Part shown: positions 8,956 through 16,475 of the stretch, one piece after another
Layout of the letters: each line of letters begins with the position of its first letter
Position numbering within the stretch: the first letter of the stretch is position 1
Source of the DNA: a bacterium
Lineage (GTDB): Bacteria > Patescibacteriota > Microgenomatia > Levybacterales > UBA12049
Length of the DNA: 34,110 bases
Assembly: GCA_041691355.1 (NCBI GenBank)
Contig: JBEPUU010000001.1
Span: forward strand, 1-34,110
Reading direction: 5' to 3'
Position numbers and translations under genes: made by a program
Notes under the pieces: model-generated
The model's database searches: none
The model's input: the letters and a program-made list of their open reading frames with translations, nothing else
Told to the model about the DNA's origin: nothing

Positions 8956-9996
8956 ATGACAACCTTCGCAACTCTTCCTTCAGAAATTATAACCATAATT
9001 TCCGACATATTATCTCAACAAAATTCATCAGAATGGATACAACATGCTGTCTCACTTCATGAACAGTATGCAACACGGGAGAAATTTCATAGACGGATTG
9101 CGTTGAAAGAATATGATGATCTTCTTGCCTACCTCGCAATGCGTGTACCGGCAACATATGCGCAAATATATAGTGTTTTTTCAACTATCAAAGAACTCCT
9201 ACCATTATGGCAACCCAAAAACATACTTGATCTAGGTTGTGGACCAGGTACGGGAAGTTGGGCAGCACAACAAATATGGCCTTCACTTATCGAAAGTACT
9301 TCAGTCGATCAACATGATGACTTTTTTTCGCTCGGTGAAAAAATTCAGAATTCACTTAATGAAAATATTACCATAACATGGCAAAAAAGTGATCTCAGTA
9401 AAAAAATTATGCTTGAAGAAAATAAATATGACATAGTTCTTCTTGCCAATGTTCTCAATGAGATAAATCCTTCTCTAATTGACAAAATCATTGGACAAGC
9501 ATTCAATAATTGCCGTGGGATGCTCGTTATCATTGAACCTGGTACACCTTTTGGAAGTAGTATTATTCAAAATGCAGCTAGAAAACTCTCCAAAGCAGGA
9601 ATACTTCTTGCACCGTATATTAATAGTACATTCACTTCTGATGATGAGTATTATCTTCATTTTCCGCAGCGATTTATTAGACCAAATTTTCAACGGCGCA
9701 TCCGCCAATATATGAGAGATTCATCACTTATGGCATCGGATTGGGAGGAAACAAAGTATTCATATACGGTTATCAGTAAAATAATTCCAAAAACAAATCC
9801 ATGGGGGAAATGTGTTGGTCCAATACGTCTACAAAAAGGATTTCTTGAGGTACCAATACTTACACAAGTTGGCATAGAAAAAATAAAAGTGATGAAGCGT
9901 CATAGTGAGCAATATTTCTATGTTAAAAATCTTAAATGGGGAGAATATATCGAACGAAAGGAATTAGTAGAGGTTGCATTGCCTTCGAAGCCTTGA
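8956..9996 (+). CDS. SAM-dependent methyltransferase, Rsm22-like (predicted small-subunit rRNA methylase family)
   Basis: 346-aa ORF. SAM motif I is ILDLGCGPGTGSWAA, followed later by IVLLANVLNEI. The overall layout resembles the Rsm22/COG5459 family. Extended -10 TGgTATACT at 8938..8946 lies 9 nt before the ATG. Confidence 0.6.
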   Translation: MTTFATLPSEIITIISDILSQQNSSEWIQHAVSLHEQYATREKFHRRIALKEYDDLLAYLAMRVPATYAQIYSVFSTIKELLPLWQPKNILDLGCGPGTGSWAAQQIWPSLIESTSVDQHDDFFSLGEKIQNSLNENITITWQKSDLSKKIMLEENKYDIVLLANVLNEINPSLIDKIIGQAFNNCRGMLVIIEPGTPFGSSIIQNAARKLSKAGILLAPYINSTFTSDDEYYLHFPQRFIRPNFQRRIRQYMRDSSLMASDWEETKYSYTVISKIIPKTNPWGKCVGPIRLQKGFLEVPILTQVGIEKIKVMKRHSEQYFYVKNLKWGEYIERKELVEVALPSKP

Positions 9997-10020
9997 TAAG
10001 GTAAAATAAAGCCTGTGACT

Positions 10021-10094
10021 GGCCCCATCGTCTAGTGGCCTAGGACGTCAGGTTCTCATCCTGAAGATCGCGGGTTCAAATCCCACTGGGGTCA
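10021..10094 (+). tRNA. tRNA-Glu (anticodon CUC)
   Basis: Cloverleaf folded by hand. Acceptor stem GGCCCCA/TGGGGTC (one G-U pair). D arm GTCT-AGTGGCCTA-GGAC. Anticodon stem TCAGG/CCTGA with loop TTCTCAT (anticodon CTC). Variable loop AGATC. T arm GCGGG-TTCAAAT-CCCAC (one C-A mismatch). Discriminator A. CCA is not encoded; CCT follows. Confidence 0.85.
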
Positions 10095-10102
10095 CCTAAC
10101 GG

Positions 10103-10130
10103 GATAATATTCTTTTAAGAATCAATTATC
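10103..10130 (+). other. AT-rich inverted repeat immediately after the tRNA
   Basis: GATAAT-ATTCTT-tt-AAGAAT-ca-ATTATC forms two 6-bp stem segments with a 2-nt bulge, followed by TCTCTTT. It could be a tRNA transcript terminator or an old recombination site. Confidence 0.25.
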
Positions 10131-10233
10131 TCTTTAAATCAATCTAAAACTTAGTCTCACCTTATCTTCTTGACCTTTTTATCTTTGCTTCAATTATATT
10201 GATACCCTAAAGAGATTTAAGCTCCAATATATA

Positions 10234-10262
10234 TTGACAATATGTACATATTGTACTAATAT
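10234..10262 (+). promoter_or_regulatory. promoter with embedded 18-bp perfect palindrome (operator) of toxin-antitoxin locus 1
   Basis: TTGACA (10234..10239), a 17-nt spacer, TAATAT (10257..10262), then 6 nt to ATG 10269. The perfect palindrome ACAATATGTACATATTGT at 10237..10254 overlaps the -35 and the spacer. Confidence 0.7.
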
Positions 10263-10268
10263 AAAGTT

Positions 10269-10547
10269 ATGGTTGTAACAGTTTCAGTAAGTGAATTAAG
10301 AAATAATATCTCAAACTATTTGGAGAAGGTTATGAAAGGTACTCGTGTGCTTGTACGTGATGAAAAGCGAGATATAACTATTGCAGAGATCATTCAGACA
10401 TCTTCATTTGATAAAACTACCTACGAAAAAGCTCTCCAAAAAGCAGCAGGGATTTTTTCTCAAGAGAATCATCCTGAATGGAAAACAAAAAAAGATGTTG
10501 TTGATTGGGTTAGTAAAAATCGTTTATCTGATCAACGATCCTTTTAA
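10269..10547 (+). CDS. Phd/YefM-type antitoxin
   Basis: 92-aa ORF. The N-terminus VSVSELRNNISNYLEKVMKGTRVLV is typical of Phd/YefM antitoxins. Its stop lies 2 nt before the PIN toxin ATG. Confidence 0.75.
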   Translation: MVVTVSVSELRNNISNYLEKVMKGTRVLVRDEKRDITIAEIIQTSSFDKTTYEKALQKAAGIFSQENHPEWKTKKDVVDWVSKNRLSDQRSF

Positions 10548-10549
10548 TT

Positions 10550-10930
10550 ATGTATCTCCTTGACACAGATGTTTTAATTTGGGTTCTACGTGGTAAGAAA
10601 GAGATAGTTGAAAAAGTTTCTCAATTAAAAGATGAGTCTTCTCTTAGTATCTCTGTAATTTCAATTGCAGAAATTTATAAAAATATTTTCCCATCAGAGT
10701 TAACAGCAACAGAAGATTATCTTTCTCAACATATTCAACTTGATACTAATCAAAAAATAGCAAAAATTGCAGGACTATATTGGCAAGAATATGCAAAACA
10801 ACTAAAGGCACTTAGCCTTACAGATTGTCTAATTGCTGCAACAGCCAATGTACACAGTGCAAAACTCGTAACGCTTAACATAAAGCATTTTCCAATGAAA
10901 GATATTTCAGTAATAAATCCAGCCTTATAA
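10550..10930 (+). CDS. vapC: PIN-domain toxin (VapC-like ribonuclease)
   Basis: 126-aa ORF. MYLLDTDVLI (first Asp), SIAEIY (Glu), LTDCLIAATA (Asp) and TLNIKHF give the canonical PIN acidic pattern. Confidence 0.8.
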   Translation: MYLLDTDVLIWVLRGKKEIVEKVSQLKDESSLSISVISIAEIYKNIFPSELTATEDYLSQHIQLDTNQKIAKIAGLYWQEYAKQLKALSLTDCLIAATANVHSAKLVTLNIKHFPMKDISVINPAL

Positions 10931-11001
10931 AATTAATCCTCTTATCTCTATTGATATACATCCATTAACTTCGCAAAATGAGCAAAAATCTCAATCAGAA
11001 G

Positions 11002-11030
11002 GGGTTCAAAATAATTTGCACTGGGGTCAC
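11002..11030 (+). repeat. degenerate copy of the tRNA-Glu 3' end (att-like direct repeat)
   Basis: GGGTTCAAA (11002..11010) and CACTGGGGTCAC (11019..11030) repeat tRNA positions 10072..10080 and 10084..10095 exactly. The tRNA has 3 nt (tcc) between the two blocks; this copy has 8 nt. Confidence 0.65.
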
Positions 11031-11078
11031 TTGTGTTTAATACTACTTGAGCTATTTTGAATTAGTACTGGTGAGAAA

Positions 11079-11741
11079 TTATTGAAAGACAACTTCTGTA
11101 AAATCTCTAACACAATAGTCTGCTGCTTTAAGATCCTCTTCCGAATGAGTCGTCATAATCCCTACAACTTTCATGTGAGCATTCTTCCCGGATTCTACGC
11201 CTGGAGGACTATCTTCAAATACAAGACATCTCTCAGGAATAATGCCCAGGCGTTTTGAGGTTTCTATATAAATTTCAGGATCAGGTTTGCCCTTTTCCAC
11301 ATGTTCATCACCTAAAATAACAGAGAATGAATCAGTAAGATGTAAAGCTTCCAAACAGAAATCTCTATTTTTTTTGGGAGCGGTTGTGGCAATTGCAAGT
11401 TCTTTGTGAAATGATTGCAAAACTTTTATTGTAGATAGTAAGCCCGGCACTTCTTTAATATCAGGCGCATACAATTCTCGATAAATTCCCTCTTTTTCTT
11501 CAGTATATGAAACAATTTCTTCTACCGAAAGCTCTTTATTAAAAATCATTTGGAAAATCTGATTATTTTTCTTGCCCGAAAATTTCTCTTTAAATTCTTC
11601 TTCAGAAAAATGTTGTCCATGTCTTTTGGCAAACTCCATCCATGCTTTTTTATGATAGTTCATGTTATTAATCATTGTCCCATCCATATCAAAAATAACA
11701 GCGCCAAAGTCTTTAAACTGAATTTGTATAGTATTGTGCAT
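11079..11741 (-). CDS. HAD-superfamily hydrolase, beta-phosphoglucomutase-like subfamily
   Basis: Motif I is VIFDMDGTM and motif IV is VFEDSPPG, with a capped HAD layout. The track start is TTG 11744. ATG 11741 lies 7 nt after TATAAT (11754..11749). Confidence 0.8.
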   Translation of the reverse strand: MHNTIQIQFKDFGAVIFDMDGTMINNMNYHKKAWMEFAKRHGQHFSEEEFKEKFSGKKNNQIFQMIFNKELSVEEIVSYTEEKEGIYRELYAPDIKEVPGLLSTIKVLQSFHKELAIATTAPKKNRDFCLEALHLTDSFSVILGDEHVEKGKPDPEIYIETSKRLGIIPERCLVFEDSPPGVESGKNAHMKVVGIMTTHSEEDLKAADYCVRDFTEVVFQ

Positions 11742-11793
11742 CAATAGAATTATAAACGATTCCTGTAATCAATGATTAGTCAAATACTCGTCT

Positions 11794-13809
11794 ATGTATC
11801 ATAAAAAATCTTTGCTACAATACTTCCAGATGGAGCAAAATAGTAAATCCAATAGACTGCATGCACTTGATGGACTTCGCGGAATTGCAATCCTCATGGT
11901 TTTTTTGAGCCATATCAATGCTACATATATTGATCGTTCTTCCTTGTGGGGTAGTTATATTTTTAATAGTGGAGTGTTGGGTGTATCATTTCTTTTTATT
12001 CTTTCCGGCTTTTTAATGGCTTATTTATATCCACAACCTAAAAGTGGATTCGCATTTATACAAAAAAGATATACTCGTATATTTCCTTTATTCCTAACGC
12101 TATGTTCCACAATTTTTGCTCTCAGATTTATACCAGAAAATCATTGGTATTTCTCGCTTGGTATTCTTATAATTTTTGCAATTATTGCTCATTTGATATG
12201 GGTTCATGGCATACAACGGTTTGTTAAAAACAAATTTACAAAAATACTTTTTTTTGCGTTTATCACTTTTCAAATAGTGGTTGGTATCTATTACCTCTGG
12301 GTCATGCATCATCCAGCTGTTTATTATTATCAACAAATGCCTCTTACTACTCGTTTTCTTACAGATTGGTTTGTGAACGCAACACTTACGTTGCCGATTG
12401 GAAAATATGTTACCCCACTTGACCCAGTTTACTGGAGTCTTGCAGCAGAGGTATTATTTTATCTTTTATATCCTTTTATCTGCGCACCAATAATTGCATA
12501 TATGTCTCCAAAAAAGAGGATAAGTAAAATAATTTTGCTTGTGTGTTTGCTTCCTTTATTTGTAGGTCTTGCTATACTCGCACAGCATGTTTTGAATCTA
12601 AGCTTGTTGCGTTTCCAATTATTTTATTATTTTGTTACAGGTATGACTCTTGGATATCTTTATCGTAAATATCCTAATGCGTTATTAAAAATTGGCAAAG
12701 TATTCACAGGTAAAATGTCGTATCTAACCATTGTGTTATTCTTTGGATGTATTCTATTTGCACAGTTATTAGAAACTGCTTTTGCAGGTCAGATAATCTG
12801 GGTACAAGCGTTTTTGGCTCTTCCTTTTACTTTTTTACTTGCAATCGCATTAATAAATAAAACAGCATTGGCGGAACTATTCAGATCAAAAATCCTTGTA
12901 TTTATTGGAACAATAAGTTATTCAATTTATTTGAGTCACATGTTTATTCTTGACCTAGCAATTGATATTACCAGACAACCACATAGTGCGCTTACTACAA
13001 CCTTGTATATCCTAGCTACATTAGCAATAACAATAAGTATCTCAAGTATTTTATATTTCTTACTTGAAAAACCATATTTCATACGCAAACAAATAGAAAA
13101 AAAAGTAAAACTTGCAAGTTATGTACAAAATCCTTATGTCCCTATGATGGTTGGCGGTATAGGGTTAGGATTTCTTATTGTCACATTTATGGTATACCAA
13201 TCTAATATAAATTTTTTCACGCTTAATGAGCCATATAAGAACATTATTACCTCTTCTGCGGGTGAAAATCAGTTGATCTCTCTTCAACAGCATTCTGCAG
13301 TAACGATGCTGCTTACAGCAAAGTATAATAACTTTGGCGTTCTTTCACTAAACCTTATTCATAAAACAATACCAAAGAAAAAATTTATTCAGCAACGGAT
13401 TGAATTTCGTATTAAAGAGAAAGGTGCAGATCAATGGCTTTCAACCTCTCGCTATACTATAAGTAGTAAATCTGAAACGTTACCTGTTTCGTATGGATTT
13501 CCACTGATACCCAATTCTATCGGAAAAACATACGTTGTTTCACTTAAACAAGAAGTAGCATCTTCTTCTGAATATGTTTTATTAGATGCAAAAGACAATA
13601 CCATCAAGGGAGTTTTCTTTGTTGATAAAAAAATGCTCATTAAAGATCCACAAAAGTTATTTGCTTTTATTGAAAATAAATTAACAACAGTTATTGATAA
13701 TCCAGAAGCACAAGAAGTGGTGCAGTTATCCTTACCATTTATTCTTTTTACTTTGTATTTACTTATTACTAATAAACATCTTTTCGTTAATAAAAAATAT
13801 CATTTGTGA
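11794..13809 (+). CDS. acyltransferase-3 (OafA/YrhL-type) membrane O-acyltransferase with uncharacterised C-terminal domain
   Basis: 671-aa ORF. The N-terminal signature is RLHALDGLRGIAILMVFLSH, followed by ~10 TM helices and then one extra TM. A ~170-aa hydrophilic beta-rich segment follows, then a final TM (LSLPFILFTLYLLI). I see no GDS(L)-type SGNH motif in the extra domain. Confidence 0.8.
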   Translation: MYHKKSLLQYFQMEQNSKSNRLHALDGLRGIAILMVFLSHINATYIDRSSLWGSYIFNSGVLGVSFLFILSGFLMAYLYPQPKSGFAFIQKRYTRIFPLFLTLCSTIFALRFIPENHWYFSLGILIIFAIIAHLIWVHGIQRFVKNKFTKILFFAFITFQIVVGIYYLWVMHHPAVYYYQQMPLTTRFLTDWFVNATLTLPIGKYVTPLDPVYWSLAAEVLFYLLYPFICAPIIAYMSPKKRISKIILLVCLLPLFVGLAILAQHVLNLSLLRFQLFYYFVTGMTLGYLYRKYPNALLKIGKVFTGKMSYLTIVLFFGCILFAQLLETAFAGQIIWVQAFLALPFTFLLAIALINKTALAELFRSKILVFIGTISYSIYLSHMFILDLAIDITRQPHSALTTTLYILATLAITISISSILYFLLEKPYFIRKQIEKKVKLASYVQNPYVPMMVGGIGLGFLIVTFMVYQSNINFFTLNEPYKNIITSSAGENQLISLQQHSAVTMLLTAKYNNFGVLSLNLIHKTIPKKKFIQQRIEFRIKEKGADQWLSTSRYTISSKSETLPVSYGFPLIPNSIGKTYVVSLKQEVASSSEYVLLDAKDNTIKGVFFVDKKMLIKDPQKLFAFIENKLTTVIDNPEAQEVVQLSLPFILFTLYLLITNKHLFVNKKYHL

Positions 13810-13946
13810 CCCGCACATTCTAGTTCAACAAATGAATGTTAGTGGTCAAGCTCAATTGCAAAATCAGTCTAGAAGAAATTACGACGCTTTGAAAAAGCTA
13901 GTGCCCTTGTGGCATATCTTCTCAAAACTCTATAAGTTGGGTCTAC

Positions 13947-14561
13947 TCACGGTTTTCGAACATGGGGATGAATAGGATAATGCACACAGTAGTTTGAGAT
14001 ATTGAATGGTAGAAAGAAAATCCACAGCATACTTATTATTAAAAGAGAAACAATTATCCAAACTCTTTTTTTAAAATTTCCATAACTGAGAAATTGATAA
14101 ATACCGTATAAAGAAAAAACTGTAAATGGCAACCATAAATAGATACTTTTTATCTGCAAAGATACTTGTGGGGCAAGAAGAATTTCAATACATGGAAAAA
14201 TAATTAGCATGGATAAAACAAACCAATGATACATTTTTTTCTTTTTATTTGAAATAATATAATAAAATCCCGCAAAAATCCCAAAATATCCAATAAGTGA
14301 AAACCAGTTAATTCCAAAACGTACATCCCAAAATTGTAGATACACTCGTAAAAAATTAATAGGATCTTGAACTAGCTTATTGTGAAATAAACGGATTAGC
14401 CAAAAAGGTTTACCCTTAAAAGCATTGATATATGTCCCTAACTGAAATACAACATCAATTGAACCGAAATGGAATATATCTGTAAAACGTTGACAGACAA
14501 ACCATCCCTGTAATGTCAGCAATTCAGTAAATGCTGTAAGAATAATGATATTTTTTTTCAT
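13947..14561 (-). CDS. membrane protein of unknown function
   Basis: 204-aa ORF with several hydrophobic helices. Its ATG overlaps the stop of the upstream ORF (ATGA at 14558..14561), suggesting translational coupling. I recognise no motif. Confidence 0.55.
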   Translation of the reverse strand: MKKNIIILTAFTELLTLQGWFVCQRFTDIFHFGSIDVVFQLGTYINAFKGKPFWLIRLFHNKLVQDPINFLRVYLQFWDVRFGINWFSLIGYFGIFAGFYYIISNKKKKMYHWFVLSMLIIFPCIEILLAPQVSLQIKSIYLWLPFTVFSLYGIYQFLSYGNFKKRVWIIVSLLIISMLWIFFLPFNISNYCVHYPIHPHVRKP

Positions 14562-15427
14562 TCTTTTATATTCAGTAGTTGTGCAAAAACTTCAGGATAA
14601 ATCTTTGGCAAGTACACATTTTCAACTAAATTATTCGGCTTCATGTGACCAAAATAAGGTCGAATATACAATACTGTATCTTTTTTCCAAGCATTTGGTT
14701 CTGACCAGCTTGGTGGTACCATAACAAATAAAATTGAAGAATCATAAAAATGGAAATAGACTGGTGCATACGGCAACGAAGTGTCTATGACGATATGTTT
14801 GTAATTATTTTTTACTTTTCCTGTTGCTTGAACAAGTTGTTCATATCCGCCTCCCCAATCAGGAACATTTTCTTGCGGATAATTAATATAATAAAACTGA
14901 AGATATAAAGCGAATTCAAAACAGGCAAAAAGTGTAATGAGAAGTATTGTTGCCAATTTATATCTATAATTTTTAATGTGTTGCAATAAAAATAAAATTC
15001 CGACAGAAATAAGTATTATACTAGGGATAACAAGTGGTAACGAACGTAGAGAATGAGGACTTGGCACTGCAACAGCACCCACAATTGGAACAATAAAAAA
15101 AAGAAAAAAAGCTATGCGCTTAGTAATAGATTTTTTTATTCGTAACAAAAAATAAATGCCACTTAAGAAAAACGGCAGTTGCCACCGATAAAGTTCTCCG
15201 AAATCCTGCACTTGGTGTCTACCAATTCCGTCTCCAAAACTAAATAGAAAGTCCAAAGAAAAAAAGGATAAGTAATTACTAATATACGTAAGTGGATAAA
15301 AAAGAATATGTAGATATATATTTTTTGCTTCAATTTGACTAAAAGTAGACGTTGCGGTAAATCGTTCACTTCCTTGAGATGATAGTGAAAAAAGCACAAG
15401 CGGCAAAATCAATAATAGAGCAACCAT
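14558..15427 (-). CDS. C-terminal part of a frameshifted ArnT/PMT-like GT-C glycosyltransferase
   Basis: 289-aa ORF that starts inside a hydrophobic stretch with no promoter or SD. It contains FSLDFLFSFGDGIGRHQVQDFGELY, a loop motif that I recall from memory, unverified, as occurring in full-length GT39-like proteins. Its frame stays open far upstream of the listed ATG. Confidence 0.6.
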   Translation of the reverse strand: MVALLLILPLVLFSLSSQGSERFTATSTFSQIEAKNIYLHILFYPLTYISNYLSFFSLDFLFSFGDGIGRHQVQDFGELYRWQLPFFLSGIYFLLRIKKSITKRIAFFLFFIVPIVGAVAVPSPHSLRSLPLVIPSIILISVGILFLLQHIKNYRYKLATILLITLFACFEFALYLQFYYINYPQENVPDWGGGYEQLVQATGKVKNNYKHIVIDTSLPYAPVYFHFYDSSILFVMVPPSWSEPNAWKKDTVLYIRPYFGHMKPNNLVENVYLPKIYPEVFAQLLNIKE

Positions 15428-16089
15428 GATGGGATAAAATGATTTTTGTGCTTGTAAAATTGTTCGTTGAATGCAATATATATCAATGTTACTGGTGAAA
15501 GAATACGAAATGTATCGTAGGTATACATAGCAAGAAGAAAAGAAAAGATAAAAAGAAAAACTGATATGACATTATGTTTTTGTTTAAATAATAGATAGAA
15601 ATAGCACCCTAAAAGATAAAAAAATATCCCCATCGTAACTTCAAATCCTCCCCTGGAAAACTGCAAATGCCATGTGGATATTGACAATAAAAAAGATGCG
15701 AGTAGCGGCATATACTTCATTTTTTTTCGCAAATTTTTATCTGTTTCGAGTTGAAGTAGTTTATCCAAAAAAAGAAATAGTAAAGGAATAGTAAATGTAC
15801 CTGTTAATACTGAAGGGATGCGAACAGCGAATTCTGTCTTACCAAATAACGCCATTGAAGAAGCAACTGCGTACATATAAACCGGCATTTTATAATCTCC
15901 AAATGAACGAAACCAAAGTGGATGCGTACTACCATATTCATCCTTTCCTGTGGTCAAAATAGTGTATGCGTTATATCCGATAGATGCTTCATCGATATAC
16001 AGCCCAGGCGGGTCATTCGAAACATCTATGATTCGTAAAAAAAATCCGAGGAGAGTAAACAAGGCTAAAAGAAGGAAGTGTTTTTTCAT
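15409..16089 (-). CDS. N-terminal part of a frameshifted ArnT/PMT-like GT-C glycosyltransferase
   Basis: 226-aa ORF. GLYIDEASIGYNAYTILTTGKDEYG is the classic GT39/83 first-loop motif. It ends at TGA 15411..15409 and overlaps the next ORF by 19 nt in the -1 frame. Confidence 0.7.
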   Translation of the reverse strand: MKKHFLLLALFTLLGFFLRIIDVSNDPPGLYIDEASIGYNAYTILTTGKDEYGSTHPLWFRSFGDYKMPVYMYAVASSMALFGKTEFAVRIPSVLTGTFTIPLLFLFLDKLLQLETDKNLRKKMKYMPLLASFLLSISTWHLQFSRGGFEVTMGIFFYLLGCYFYLLFKQKHNVISVFLFIFSFLLAMYTYDTFRILSPVTLIYIAFNEQFYKHKNHFIPSWLLYY

Positions 16090-16098
16090 AGAATCACT

Positions 16099-16461
16099 CT
16101 ATCTCAAATTTTTTTTAATTGCTTGTAACAACTCTTCTGTTTCAAATGGTTTTGCCAAAAAATCGTCTGCCCCAAATTGCACATATTCTTTTACTGCGGA
16201 AGGATGAGCGGACATCATGATAACTGGAATTGACGAAGTATGGGTATCAGCTTTTAAATTTTTGCATATTATTCTACCGTCACTTCCTGAAATTAAAACG
16301 TCTAAAATAATAAGATCAGGTTTGTACTCATTTACTTTTCGATATGTTTCTTCTCCCTTGGTAGTTGCTAAAACTTCGTAATTTTCTCTCTCCAAAATAA
16401 TTTGTATTGCATCGAGAATATCTGTATCGTCTTCAACAATAAGTATTTTTTTCTTTGTCAT
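16099..16461 (-). CDS. single-domain response regulator (receiver only)
   Basis: 120-aa ORF with KILIVEDD, DLIILDV, VIMMSA and LAKPF. This is a complete REC domain with no output domain. Confidence 0.9.
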   Translation of the reverse strand: MTKKKILIVEDDTDILDAIQIILERENYEVLATTKGEETYRKVNEYKPDLIILDVLISGSDGRIICKNLKADTHTSSIPVIMMSAHPSAVKEYVQFGADDFLAKPFETEELLQAIKKNLR

Positions 16462-16475
16462 AAATAGAGTATGAT

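Noticed and set aside
10050-10086. tRNA-Glu as a pseudo-tRNA because of the C-A mismatch in the T stem
   Set aside because: All other stems, the U33/purine-37 context, the TTCAAAT T-loop and the Glu-type D arm are intact. One mismatch does not justify a pseudogene call.
13694-13975. 93-aa plus-strand ORF overlapping the end of the acyltransferase gene and the convergent gene
   Set aside because: It overlaps two better-supported genes and has no start signals or motifs.
15428-15450. Programmed -1 ribosomal frameshift as the explanation for the split GT-C gene
   Set aside because: The only homopolymer is CAC AAA AAT. This is not an X XXY YYZ slippery heptamer in the zero frame, and I see no downstream stem-loop. 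A 1-nt indel is the simpler reading.
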